From positions 52,846 to 116,845 of the forward strand of contig JAUCBJ010007248.1 in NCBI GenBank assembly GCA_032718475.1: a DNA stretch of 64,000 bases, in the 5' to 3' direction. This stretch comes from Nemertoderma westbladi. Its lineage: Eukaryota > Animalia > Xenacoelomorpha. The notes below the pieces were generated by a model, which ran no database searches, was not told where the DNA came from, and saw nothing but the letters and a program-made list of their open reading frames with translations. How positions within the stretch are numbered: position 1 is the first letter of the stretch; each line of letters begins with the position of its first letter. A program made the translations under genes and the position numbers. Shown piece after piece: positions 45,730 through 58,342 of the stretch.

Positions 45730-48105
45730 CCCTATTAACCCTTTGGTTACTAGGCCCTTTTTTAAATAGCCCCCCAGAACCTAAAAATTAAGCAAACTTT
45801 AAAACATATTTACGGCAATGCCAATCATCTAGAAGTTATGACACATTTTTAAAATGATTTGACTTTTATCTTAAAAGGTGTCATGATTGATATTCTTCAT
45901 ATTTTTTTAATTTAAAAAAATTAAATTTTTAAAAATTAATAAAAAAAATTTTAATTAAAAATTTTTTTTTTAATTAAAAAAAAAAATTTTTTTGAAAATT
46001 AAAAAATGAAAAAATTTTTTATTTTTCTGAACTATATCATATATATTATTATATTTCATGGTCTATTTATAGTATCGGTATAATCTATATGACTTATTTA
46101 TGATAATCTGCAAAGCATTTATCAAGGCAGAGCCCTGGATATAAACTGTAAATGAATGATAAAAAATACAGTATAAATGAATAATTATTGTAATACCAAA
46201 ATGCAATATAGCTTCATTATTGCAGAATTACCACAATAATCCACCAGGATGCTAGTACAGGAACAATCATCATTCCCATTATTCTATTTACGAAATACAA
46301 TTACGTAATTCACCAATATGAAGAATACCAGGTTTTCACTTTTCACTTTTCAGTCATGTCATGTATTTATTTATTATTACAAAGTAGATTATTACAGTGG
46401 ATAGCTTGACAGGGAAATAAACTCTGATTGGTTGGAATTCTCAAGGGCTACTCATTCAAACCTCTGCCATATCATACTGTACAAGGTACAATCAATCTGC
46501 TTTCAATAAGCAGCCTTCTTTTTCTGAAAAGGAGCTCATCACTGATTGGTTGAATTCCAACCTCTAACTCAAACTCCAGATCACTTTTTTTAACTAAAAC
46601 GGGTAGTATAGTGTCCTAAGCGATGGATAAACACTGCTAAAATAACCTAAACTTGAATCATCCCCATTGGCAGCCATTAACACCAGGACGTATATATACG
46701 TCCTTAGGACACTGTTGAGGACGTATATATACGTCCTTAGGGCTCAAAGGGTTAAACCCGGGGGGGGGGGTCAATATGACCCTTCCCGTGGTTTTTTTAT
46801 TATAATTCTGAAACAAACGCAGTTGGGAATCTGAAATTTTATTACTTTTCCTAAAAATCTATTGTCTTCCTAGTAGTGAAAACCGTTTTCAAAAATATTG
46901 GGTACTTTTCGAGTTATAGCACCATTTTTTAACCCTACTTTTGCCATTTTTTTTGAGACGTTTTTGAAAATTACATTTAATTAAATATGAATTGTAACAT
47001 CTCTATTTTTAATTTACACCGGTTTTTTGGTGTTAGAAATTTGATGGAATTCATATAAATTGATTTAGAAATTTCAAACTTGTTTTTTTCGGTGGGTGCC
47101 AAATTTTGGTGCCAGCACCAAATTTTGAAATAAGTCAATTTTGTAAATTGATCGTTTGAAACTTGTTTTTTACGCAATTGGGATTTTTTGGTTTTCTGGA
47201 TTCGATGAAATATATACGAGTTGCACCAAGCGTATCAAACTTGTATTTTTCGGTGCTGTGTGCAAATTTTGGTGCTAAGCACAAAATTTTGAAAATCCAT
47301 TCAATAGATAAAATTGCTTGTGACAATTTATTTCTTGCGTTTTAGAGGTTTATGGCTGTTCTGAATTCAATGGAAAAAATAATTATCGAACTAGACATCT
47401 CAAACTTGTATTTTTCGGATGTGGGTGCAAAATGTGGTGCTAGCACCAAATTTTGAAAACCATCAAATATATCAATTGATTGTGTCACCTTGTTTCTTGC
47501 GTTATACGGGTTTGTGATGGTTCTGAATTCAATGGAAACAGTAAAAATTTCATAAGAGTTCTCAAACTTGTATTTTTCGCCGGTGGGTGAAAATTGTTGT
47601 GCCAGCACCAAATTTTGGAAAATTACAGTATGCAAATTGATAAGTAGATAGTATCACCTTGTTTCTTGCGTTATACGGGTTTATGAGGGTTCTGAATCCG
47701 ATGGAATCAATAAAAACAGCACTGGACATCGCAAACTTGTACTTTTTAGTGATGGGTACGAAATTTGGTGCTAGCACCAAACTTTGCCAAATTACGCCGA
47801 AAAATACAGGTAGCAATAATCTGGCATATTAGAAATGTATTCCATTAGAATCAGCGCCCTCGAAAACCTGAAAATGTGAATTTATAGCATCGTATAAGTG
47901 AATTAAAAATTTTGTGTTCTAACTGAAAAGTGCTGGTTACTTGTTTTTTTTAATTTTTTTCCTACGCAGAGAGGACTAAACAGCCATTTATAGTAATCAT
48001 ATCATTTTTTAATATTTTCCAATGTATTTTGCACCCCAGAAAACCTGTATTAAAAAATAATTAGCCGAAAATGTAACCTTCAAATTTGGTGAAAATTGTG
48101 CACTA
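45730..48105 (-). mobile_element. MITE-A copy 3 (inverted, truncated at its left end, carrying nested MITE-B)
   Basis: TTAA|CCCTATTAA...ACCCGGG terminus, then the reverse complement of MITE-A up to ~48105. Confidence 0.85.
45739..46751. mobile_element. piggyBac-like MITE-B (1013 bp)
   Basis: TTAA|CCCTTTG ... CAAAGGG|TTAA; two GGACGTATATATACGTCC palindromes near the right end. Confidence 0.85.
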
Positions 48106-48661
48106 GGCTCATTCCAAGTAAAGTGCGGGACATTCGTACGACTTTTTGTGCATACTTTAGCACTGTACATCATGAAAATGAACTAAAATAGAATAATGCT
48201 TGTGTTTCTTAGAAAAACCAATTATCGGTTCAGTAAAAAAAAGCAGTTTGGAAAACCGGCAGCAGTTTATGTCTCATAATTATTGCTTCAAAAAATTGTA
48301 AAGTGCGGGACGCGTACGAAAGTGAAATTCTCAACTGTCAAATTCATTGCTAAAGTTCAACGAATTGGGTAAAGTTAGTGGGAAAACTTTTGTTCCGTGA
48401 TGTTCCTAGATATGTAGGGAAAATAAATTAGCCTTTAGTAAGATGGTAGGTAACATCAATGAAACAGGGGAGTAGTTTAAGTGCAGCAAAGACATGTAAA
48501 GTGTGGGACATTTCACTGTAAAGTGCGGGACACGTACGATAATAAACTTATCATTCGAGGTTAAGACCCCTAGATCCCTTCCTATATAATAAACGTATAA
48601 TAATAACACCTCGAAAAATACAGCTTGCCAACACATTGTTACTATCAATATAAGTTGTGCA

Positions 48662-48985
48662 ATGATTCCTGAGGAAATCATTGCACAATCACATCAGTAT
48701 GCAATGGTTCGTACAAAGTACAATGCACACATCTCCAACCAGACACTATATAACATTGGAAGTGTCTCATTCGTTCCCCCAAGCTTGATACTTGAACAAA
48801 GCCGCATCCGCTTTGCAAGGCATTGCTTTCGCCGAGAGGTCCAGCCTGTGCACAATCTTGTGCTTTGGCGGCCCCATGGAGTGAATAGGCATGGTGGACA
48901 GCCCATGACTTTCTTGAGACGCATCTTAAAGGACACTGGCCTTGAAGAGGCGGATAATCTCGCAAAAGCCATGGTGGATAGGTAG
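48662..48985 (+). pseudogene. 3' fragment of another RTE-like ORF
   Basis: HISNQTLY, RIRFARHCFR..QPV..LVLW.P.G..R.G....T, L.KAM.DR. Confidence 0.65.
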
Positions 48986-51336
48986 TTGTGGCGGTGCAAA
49001 TTTGTTGATAAGCTGGCACATCATTCTTAATGCATGCTGCATTGGGTTTGCCAATTGTCGATTGAATGGTAGTGTCAAAATATTTTTTTTAAGACAGCAT
49101 AGCTTCTCATGTGCAGCTGCAATGCAGCAGTCCGATTGTAGTTAGAGATAATACGTATTTATCATATGGCTGCCGCAACCCAGTGTAAGTAGTTTTGCTA
49201 ACAGTTTAACACATGAAATTCGGTCAAAAGCTTTACTAAAATCTACTAATATTGAAAAGCTTCTTCCTAGCTACGGAACTCGTTGTCTTCTGGACGGTTA
49301 AGATCATTAGATTCACATATTTCGCTATTCCACCCAATATCTTCCCAGATAGTCTTTGCAGCAATATCATTTAATAGCTTTTTCTGGCTGTCGAGTAGTC
49401 TGGTAGTCTAGCTGTCTAGAGGAATCGGGATTTAGGGATTCGATAGGGATTCGATCATTGCCGAGGCTGAAAATACGTAGATTTTGTATTATTTTTTCGT
49501 CTCTGATTCGTTTTTACCGATTGATGTCTCACAGTTTATTTTTACCCGCTAACATCTTTAGTGCCCCCATCTACCACCACCCCACCCCCCTTATTTTCAT
49601 CTGGTAGGCCCCAAATGGCCCATACTAACAGAACACCTTTCTTATCTTAAACTTAAATATTATTATCATATTTTGGACGTAACAAATGAATTCTAAATTA
49701 GCAGTAACTAAATTATGCAATATGTTGCATATATCTCTATATTAATCGATAATACAGTCGCTTGTACTAAAATTCCATTGAATATAATCCCTTGTGTTAC
49801 TGTTACGGTATGAGTTACTGAGCTGTGAGCTTGTAAAATATATCATGCGGTGAAATCCATATTTGTTTGTTTGCTTGATACTGTTTCATACATCAACATT
49901 GTTATCAGACACACTAGTGATATCACTATATATCTCTACAGTGATATATAATCATTCTGTGGAGCATGGCTACATTAGTAGACATCATAATTTAAATTTA
50001 AATTGAATTCAATTAAATTAGACACTACAAGCTTGGAAATCCCAGCATAATACTGTACTAGGAGACAAAAGGGGACAGTTCGTCTAACTTATGGCACCTA
50101 ATAATAAAGCCAGTAATATGGCGAATGTAACTGTATGCATATTATTTGTGGCCATACTTGGGGTAATGCTTGTAGTTACTGAGGGTACTGATATTTAAGG
50201 GCAAGTGGAATCTGTGTTCGATTGAAGCATAGCATATATGTTCCTGATGATTTTAGTGTTGTCAGAAACCTGACTGAAGGATCAGCTATTGGCATCACGG
50301 ATGCTTGCTGCTGCCGGCTGGCTGCGTCTACAGAACACGGCTGTATAGGATCACCGCTCCCAGACGGCACAAATTATAAAATATAAACTTTATGTGTCCT
50401 TTATCGAAAGAAATAAATTTAATTTAGAGGTAAATCAAAAGATACATTAATTTGAAAACCTTAAATTATAATAACTTTAAAAATTTAAAGTTCTTTTAAG
50501 AACCTAAAAGAATTTTAAAACCTATGGGTTGTGGGCAAGGCGTCCTTTAATACAATTATATTGACGCCTTGGTTGAGGGCGAGCTTTGCTTAATATACTG
50601 CAATTAATCTCTTGTTATCTACAATAGTCGGCGTATAATATCTTATAGTATCAATTATATTATAGGTGTACGCCATTAAGTGTGCATTTTAATTTTTTAA
50701 TTTTCATTTTAATTTTATGATTTCAGAGATCTATCTTGCCATTAACAGAGTCTTTGGGAATTTTTAACTTTTAGTTGAAGTAGCTGTGTTAATTACAATT
50801 GAGGAACGGTTTTTTGAAATATAATATTATGATACAACCAGGAATTAATGATTGATGTTGATGGAATAGGATTTGTGCGCGAAAAAATTGTTCGGCTAGA
50901 AACAATTGAAGAAGGGGGGGGGGGGGGGGCAAGGTGCCCTGAATCGAGTGGCGGGGTTTATATTTTGTAAAAACAGGAGGAAGCTGTCAAAATGGCGGGT
51001 TTATTAAAAAAAACATACCTAAAAACTACAACTACAACTAATTTATTTCTGAGTATGTTAAGTTCAATAAGTTTGATATCATGACGTCAATAAATGTATA
51101 TTAAACATAATTCTGAGTTATCTGGCAGTTTCATGCCTCAGCGATGGTTTAGAGAAGGGATTAGATTTACCATCAATCTGCAATTAATAATTAGATTTAC
51201 AGAAAGAAATTAGATGTTTGAAATTAATTAATAATAATTCAGTGGGGTCGCTTAAAGATCTACTACTACTACTACAGTAGGTCGAGCGAAATCGGACAGT
51301 GGAAATGAAATCCTTCCAGGCTTCCCGATTCTCCAT

Positions 51337-52221
51337 GGTGCTGGCACATCAATTTTCACCCTCCGACGAAAAATACAAGTTTGAAAACTCTTATGAAATT
51401 TTTACTGATTCCATTGAATTCAGAACCCTCACAAACCCGAATAACGCAAGAAACAAGGTGCCACAATCAATTGATATATTTGATGGTTTTCAAAATTTGG
51501 TGCTAGCACCACATTTTACACCCACTTCCGAAAAATACACAAGTTTACATAAGTTTGAGATGTCTAGTTCGATAATTATATATTCCATTGAATTCAGAAC
51601 AGCCATAAACCTCTAAAACGCAAGAAATAAATTGTCACAAGCAATTATATCTATTGAATGGATTTTCAAAATATCGTGATAGCACCAAAATTTGCACACA
51701 GCACCGAAAAATACAAGTTTGATACGCTTGGTGCAACTCGTATATATTTCATCGAAACCAGAACCCCGAAAAACCCCAATTGCGTAAAAAACAAGTTTCA
51801 AACAATCAATTTACAAAATTAACATATTTCAAAATTTGGTGCTGGCACCAAAATTTGGCAGCCGCCGAAAAAAACAAGTTTGAAATTTCTAAATCAATTT
51901 ATATAAATTCCATCCAATTGCTAACACCAAAAAACCGGTGTAAATCAAAAATAGAGATCTTACAAATCATATTTAATGAAATGTAATTTTCAAAAAACGT
52001 CTCAAAAAAAGTGCCAAAAGTAGGGTTAAAAAATGGTGCTATAACTCGAAATCTACCCAATATTTTTTTGAAAACGGTTTTCACTACTAGGAAGACAATA
52101 GATTTTTTTGGAAAAGTCATGAAATTTCAGATTCCCAACTGCGTTTGTTTCAGAATTATAACAAAAAAACACAGGGTGGGGGGGGGGTCATATTGACCCT
52201 TTCCCCCCGGGTTTAATAGGG
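51337..52221 (+). mobile_element. MITE-A copy 4 (right half only)
   Basis: Matches ~27360-28225 and ends GGG|TTAA. Confidence 0.85.
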
Positions 52222-52740
52222 TTAAAAGTACCTAGTCTTTTTTTAAACTAATTTTACTGAACATTAATTTAAAAAAAAGTCTTTTTTTATCTGATTTTGC
52301 GGAAAATTAGTTAAAAGAATTTTTTTAACTAATTTTAGCTTACAGTACAGCTAGCTCAAACAATCTTTCGTCTGTACAGTACCCGTACTGGTACTTGTAC
52401 ACGATAAGACAGTACAGTAAGCCTAAAACTGTACAGTATACAGCAGTACAATTTGAATAGTGAAATTGGTGATAGTGGATAGACCTGTCTCATCCTCAGA
52501 TCCTACAGAATGGCTGTTAGCAGTACCGGACCTTGTGGTAGGCCTAAATATTGGCGATCTGTACGTGCTCGAAAATTTGAAAGAGCAAGATAACGTGATG
52601 TTTTCGGAGGCTGTACTGTAGTACAGCCTCAGAAATTCTAGGATATTTATCCGAAAGCGTGGGCAGCATTAATACTGTAATAGAGTATTATCGTCGTAAG
52701 CAATGATATCACTGGTGATATTTTTTTTCAAATAAAACAA

Positions 52741-52985
52741 ATATTCGATATAAAAACGTAACGGAAAACACTATTTTCCACTCATTTGCTTTAGCAAAAT
52801 TCAGATATTCTGCCCTCGTGTGTTGAGTTTTCCACACGTTGACATTTTAATTCTCGCTTCGATCGTACTAAAAACCTGCCAACTCTTGTAAAACTCAACC
52901 ATTCGGACATAATAGTATTATTTCGCTAAATTGAAAATGAGTGAAAAAAGCGGTGTTTTCACCTTACTTTTTTTATCGAATAATA
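52741..52985. mobile_element. Old fold-back MITE
   Basis: Imperfect long inverted repeat TATTCGATA..AAAA.GTAA..GAAAACAC...CACTCATTT / AAATGAGTG...GTGTTTTC..TTAC.TTTT.ATCGAATA. Confidence 0.55.
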
Positions 52986-53015
52986 TGTCCTTTTTGCGGA
53001 ATGCCAGGCTGTATA

Positions 53016-53224
53016 CAATAGGGTTGGTGCGCGAAAAAATTGTTGGGCTAGAAACAATCGAATAAGGGGTAACAAAGTGCCCTGAATCGAGTGGGGGGCT
53101 GTGTTTTTTCTATTAAGTAAGCCCGGGAAGCCAATTTTGAATTGAGCCAATTTTGGATTGAATATTGTTTCTTCTTATTCAATTGTTTCTCGCCCAACAA
53201 TTTTTTCGCGCACCCACCCTATTG
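53016..53224. mobile_element. Small MITE with ~50-bp TIRs and TA flanks (related fragment at ~50866-50960)
   Basis: CAATAGGGTTGGTGCGCGAAAAAATTGTTGGGC... / ...GCCCAACAATTTTTTCGCGCACCCACCCTATTG. Confidence 0.75.
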
Positions 53225-53911
53225 TATACATTACAGTAGGTGGTGAACTCATGCATGTCATGTGACTAAGTGGGCAGCGTGACGCAGTATGGTTCTTTTT
53301 TGCTAATTATGAAACTCCAACTTCAAAAATAATAGAAATTAAATCGAAATGAAATTTCTAAAAACTAAATGATAGCTCCAGTAGGATTGATGTATCAGAG
53401 TGCTTTTGATAGGGTGCAGTGGGCTATATGTCCATGTGGTGTTGGGCGGGGAAAGGGATTGTTAAGAAGAAAAACTGCATACATTTCAGTTGAAAACTTT
53501 GTCCTACATTAGGCCACCACTGTAAATAATACAGTCCACAACACCTGATGTATACAATTGTATGCACTGCACTGCCTTTGGAAAGGAATCACAAAGTCAG
53601 ATAAGTATGATAAACGTAATTGGTAGCATAAATCTGTGATTGGACATGCTCTTTACAGGCAAAGGCTACTGACCGGACCCATTGCTCAATTGACCGGACC
53701 CGTTGACCGGACCCATAGCCATTTAAAGAGCAGGTTAGTAAAGGAGCAGGATACAGAGGTGAGTTGGGGGAACCAAAACAATAAACGAAAATTTGCACAT
53801 ATTACAAGATTATGTAGGTTACTTAATTGTGGTAATAAAGGGTCCGGTCAATAATATACAAGGCTATATCCATGCAAAGGATCTTACACAGATCATAAAG
53901 GAATAAAGGAG

Positions 53912-54152
53912 ACAGGGGGGGGGAAACTTGACGCAAATCCCATCTTGGCGAATTAATATCTCGCCTCAATTTTAAATACTCAATTTAAGGAACGTAGCAG
54001 GTTTCAGTGGCATGTTATTCTAACCAAAACAATAATCTAAATATAATAGAACAGGTAACAGTTTTATTTTTGAGAGTAATCAGCTGTTATTTGCGTCGAA
54101 TTTCCCCTGGAGAGGGATGAAAGTTTATTGCGTCCAGTTTCCCTCCCTATCT
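53912..54152. mobile_element. Possible small MITE
   Basis: AGACAGGGGGGGGAAACTTGACGCAA / TTGCGTCCAGTTTCCCTCCCTATCT imperfect TIR. Confidence 0.5.
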
Positions 54153-55008
54153 GAAATAAATGTAACTTTTATTCCTAAAAATGGCTGATGTTTACCTTTC
54201 AACTACAGTATATACACTGGTAGACTGGCTTCCTAAAACGGAAAACTTAGCAGTCGTTACATACTTCGCTACTTGTATTATACAGTACCGGGTAGAGGGC
54301 CCAGATACTTAGAAGTACCGGTACTTGTTTGCAAAATTTAATAAAGATAGGCTACACTTTAACTTTAAGTTGCGGTCATTTTTAATCTGAGAATAGCAAT
54401 GGGCAATACTGTCTGTTTATCAAGATGATGATTGTGCCCAGACTACTGCACTTCTGAAGGAAAGTGTTATTTACCTATGGTCAGAGAGAGAGATTCCACT
54501 CTGTCACTTGGCAATTACTCAAATCCATTCACCTGAATGGCACAGTAGAGTAAACTAAACTAAATTTCCTCAACAATCTTTGCCTATGGTCTGAAGGGGA
54601 GCCGCTAAATGCCATTCACCTATAAAACATTTTGAATGTCACAGTGTGTAACCTGATAGTCGGTCGGTCGGTCGGTCGGTCGGTGACATTTTTTATTGTT
54701 TCCTATCTTGTAATCATTGTTAAATATAGCTCTACACCCCCCCCCCCCCCCCCCCCCCTCCCCTATGAAACCGCCCCTGCTTTTTACATTATTTTATATG
54801 TACATTTGTTACAACTATCATATCAGTAATTATTTTCAGTAATTTTAGGCGTTTTATATTTAGCTCTATCCAGTATTTAGGACTAGGCCTACATAGAAAC
54901 TCAAGCATAATTCTACTTTGTATTCCACTGTGTATTCTACTGTAATATTTTATTTACTACATTATTTTATCATTTTACCCATGTGGGATAATATACTAAA
55001 AGATTATC

Positions 55009-55533
55009 ATGTTGAAATTGTTTCTGCATAAAATATTCCTATTCAGACGAACCTTAGGTGTCTTATTGTTTGCATCTCTTTTTCTTATATGGTTTCAATC
55101 ATTTTTTTGGAGAGGGGAATTCAAATTATATTACAAAAATGACACAATTGTAGAAGATAAAACATGTAACGAACGAATGATGAATATATTTTGGCTGAAA
55201 ACTCATAAAACAGGCACATCATCTACAATTTCAATGTTTACCAAACACGCATATTTGAATAAATTGAGACCGGCAATGCCTAACCCCGAAACTCCTATTC
55301 TCAACTTTGGTCTTGCGTGGACCTACTGGTGGGAGAAAGAATTAAACCGTTACACACAGCATCCAAATATATCTTTTCTCCACATGAGGTACAACAAAAA
55401 GATTAAGAACATTATGCCAATTGGTACAAAGTATATTTCGAATATTAGGGATCCAGCAACTCTGATTACTTCCTACATGGACTACCGGTACTTTCCACAA
55501 AAGTGCGAATGGTGTCACTTTAATTCATCTTAA
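55009..55533 (+). CDS. Galactose-3-O-sulfotransferase-like host gene, 5' exon or truncated copy
   Basis: Type II signal anchor, NIFWLKTHKTGTSST (5'-PSB), HMRYN, YISNIRDP...ITSY (3'-PB); C-terminal half not found. Confidence 0.8.
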   Translation: MLKLFLHKIFLFRRTLGVLLFASLFLIWFQSFFWRGEFKLYYKNDTIVEDKTCNERMMNIFWLKTHKTGTSSTISMFTKHAYLNKLRPAMPNPETPILNFGLAWTYWWEKELNRYTQHPNISFLHMRYNKKIKNIMPIGTKYISNIRDPATLITSYMDYRYFPQKCEWCHFNSS

Positions 55534-56094
55534 ATTAAACTTTAGCATTACTTTATATCATACTGCATTGTTTTTTAAATTGATGAAAATGAAAAAAATG
55601 TCATAGTCATTATCTCACCATCAATGCTGTTCCCACAATTCCCTGGAATTTACCTCCTTTTTTGTCTTTATAATTAATATATTTTTAATAAGAGTTTTTG
55701 AAAATGTTCCTTTAGCAAAATTGCGTGTAAGGCCTATTATAACGAACATTGACTAGTCACTGTATACTGTATAGAAAGCAGGGACAGGATACGATACGAT
55801 ACGAAAATGGACATTCGTATTTCGTATCGCAGTATTTTATTCGTATCGAATTTCGTATCATATCATAAAAATTGACTTCGTATCGTATAATATGAATAAA
55901 TATTTTTCGTATTTCGTATCGTATTTTCGTATCTTATTCCTTTAGGAAATGCCTTTCTAGTAATATTGTATATATATTAAATAATTAAATATATATTATA
56001 TATTAAATTCGGACCATTTAATTAATCTAAATTTTTTTTCTCTAATATCCAGAAAATAATAATATATATTTTAATCTTAATAATAATTAACTAG

Positions 56095-56129
<35 letters not shown>

Positions 56130-56289
56130 CTAGAACTAGAAATAATAAAAGAATAATAATACATATACATATACAAAACAATACAAAAACAATATTTAAA
56201 ATTTTCGTATCTTATTATTTTGTAAATATTGATGTTTTCAACTCAACAGTCAATTTTTTAGTACTAAGTCTCCTAAAATTTCTTCAGAT

Positions 56290-56590
56290 GTTGATGAAAA
56301 ATGATTTGAAAAAAGCCGCAATTGCATTGGTCATGCAATTACACAGGCTGTTGTTAGACCACGATCAGTATTGTTGCCAGTTTTGTTTGGCCTGGGTGTT
56401 GAAATGGATTTAGTTTTTGGTTTGAGATGGTTGATCAATGAATTGTTTGCATTCGGATTTAGCGTTTCATATGATGGAATCAACACCTTTAAGCAGTCAA
56501 GACAAGTCTCTGAACTTTCTTTCATCAGCAGACGGTCTTCCAACCCATTTCATAGCTGACAATGCTGATGCTAATATAAGAATAGTCACA
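56290..56590 (+). pseudogene. Fragment of an uncharacterised transposon-associated protein common in invertebrate genomes
   Basis: GHAITQAV.RPRSVLLPVLFGLGV....FG.RWLINEL..FGFSVSY...FKQS...FIADN.D.N, frameshifted; family recalled from memory only. Confidence 0.45.
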
Positions 56591-58342
56591 TTTCTTTACA
56601 ATTTTTTCCCAGAATTGGTGTATAAATTAGTTGCAGCTTAATTGACCTGATGCCGGAAGCCATATAAACTCGGGGATCTGCGGGATAGAGTTCGTTTTAT
56701 CTGAACTTAGATGAAGTGAAACATGAAGGTAAAACAATTTGAAGTTATTGAATTGTTGTTATTCATCTGTCAAGTCACACCAGAGACGTCAAAGTATACA
56801 AAGCAACCCATTCTTCTGGCAACTACAAAGTTATGTAACACACTGATTTTTTGTGGATTTACATTTAGGGCAATTCTACAGAAAATGGGACACGACCATG
56901 GGAATATAAAAGTCCGGAATCATCAAAATTTGTTATGAAATCGGTGCTGGGGATAGTTGAAATGTATGAAAATGGAGAACATATCACTTTTAATGCAACA
57001 TTAAAATTTTTTCGATCTTTTAAAGTAAAGGCAACATGTTTTTAAGTCGTAGTGAAAAACGGTATGTAAATATAATATGCTAAGCAATAGTACTAGATTG
57101 CAGACTGGAGCGAATATTTTTTGTTTACAAACAGGCAATATGTACACCTTTCATATACTAGAGATTTAGGCCTGTGCTACATATTATAAAGCAGAGCATG
57201 GCACTCAAAAACATCCCTGAAATCGTGTCCCGGAAATCACAAAATAGTATGAAAAGTTTCCATTAAGAAAATAAATCGGAGTGTATGTGGCAAACAGTGG
57301 CAGATTTTCCTAATGTATGACATGGGTTTCCACTGCATATAGATTATTACATCGTAGTGTTAACATTGGATGAAGCAATGAGTGATAAAATTTTGTCCCG
57401 CGAGTCACATTTCAACACATGTCACACAATTGTCTATATTTCTTATACATAGAAAGTCGCACGTATTCAAACAATGAAATTACTTTATAGGAAAGTTATA
57501 GGCACATCAATCTGTGCAAAATTGTACCATTATTGCAAAAAAATTAATTTTTCTTGTCCAGGAAGTCACTAAAACCCATCGCGATCGCAGTTTACACCCT
57601 TTACCAGCAGAGCAATATATAAAAAAGGAGGGTAATTTAAACTTAATATGGGTGCCAACCATGGGTACCAGTGATACGGATTTGTTGCTGTAGCTGTGGT
57701 AGGCTGGGGTCTAGCACAATCAGACATTCAGATGTCGCTTTAACATTATTTACTAATAGCTGAATAGTGATAAATACGCTACTGTCAGACTGTATGTTCT
57801 TTAGGCCCAGTATCAGTTGCCTTCCTTTGTCTGTTTGTTAGAAGCTAGAAGCTTGCACCTGGTTGATCGGTAGTAGTAGTGTAATAGGAATATAACAGTA
57901 TCGGTAGCGTATAGCCTTTACTTTGTTTTAGGTTAGGCATAGGCCTGTAGAACGTGGTTAGTATTTGTTGCTAATATAACTAAACTATATATATGATGAT
58001 ATTATTATGGTGATCAAATGGTGATGTACAGATGTTCTGATGTGATTATATTTTGTTATTATATTTTATTATACAGTCCCTATATTATGATGAACCAAGT
58101 ATAAGCAACAGACTACGTTATTTATATGATCGGGTTGATGCAGATAAGAGCATGATGAGATAGCTTATTACATGGAGGTCCCACCGGCTGCATTCACTAC
58201 GATCTATAGGGTAAGGGTATACAGGCTTATGTTTAACATCTAGAGGTGGGTTATGCGGTAAGTAGCAGAACTGGAGCGTGTTACTCGTCAAACTGCCGAA
58301 GAAACGAAAGATATTTATCACGGGGAGATTAGAAAAGCAGCA

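Noticed and set aside
49385-49475. tRNA- or SINE-like stretch (GGTAGTCTAGC...GGATTCGATC)
   Set aside because: Only weak A/B-box resemblance, no cloverleaf and no second copy in the window
57648-57666. TGGGTGCCAACCATGGG as the Gypsy PBS
   Set aside because: Position is plausible, but no second LTR defines the boundary and I cannot match it to a tRNA or to an upstream complement
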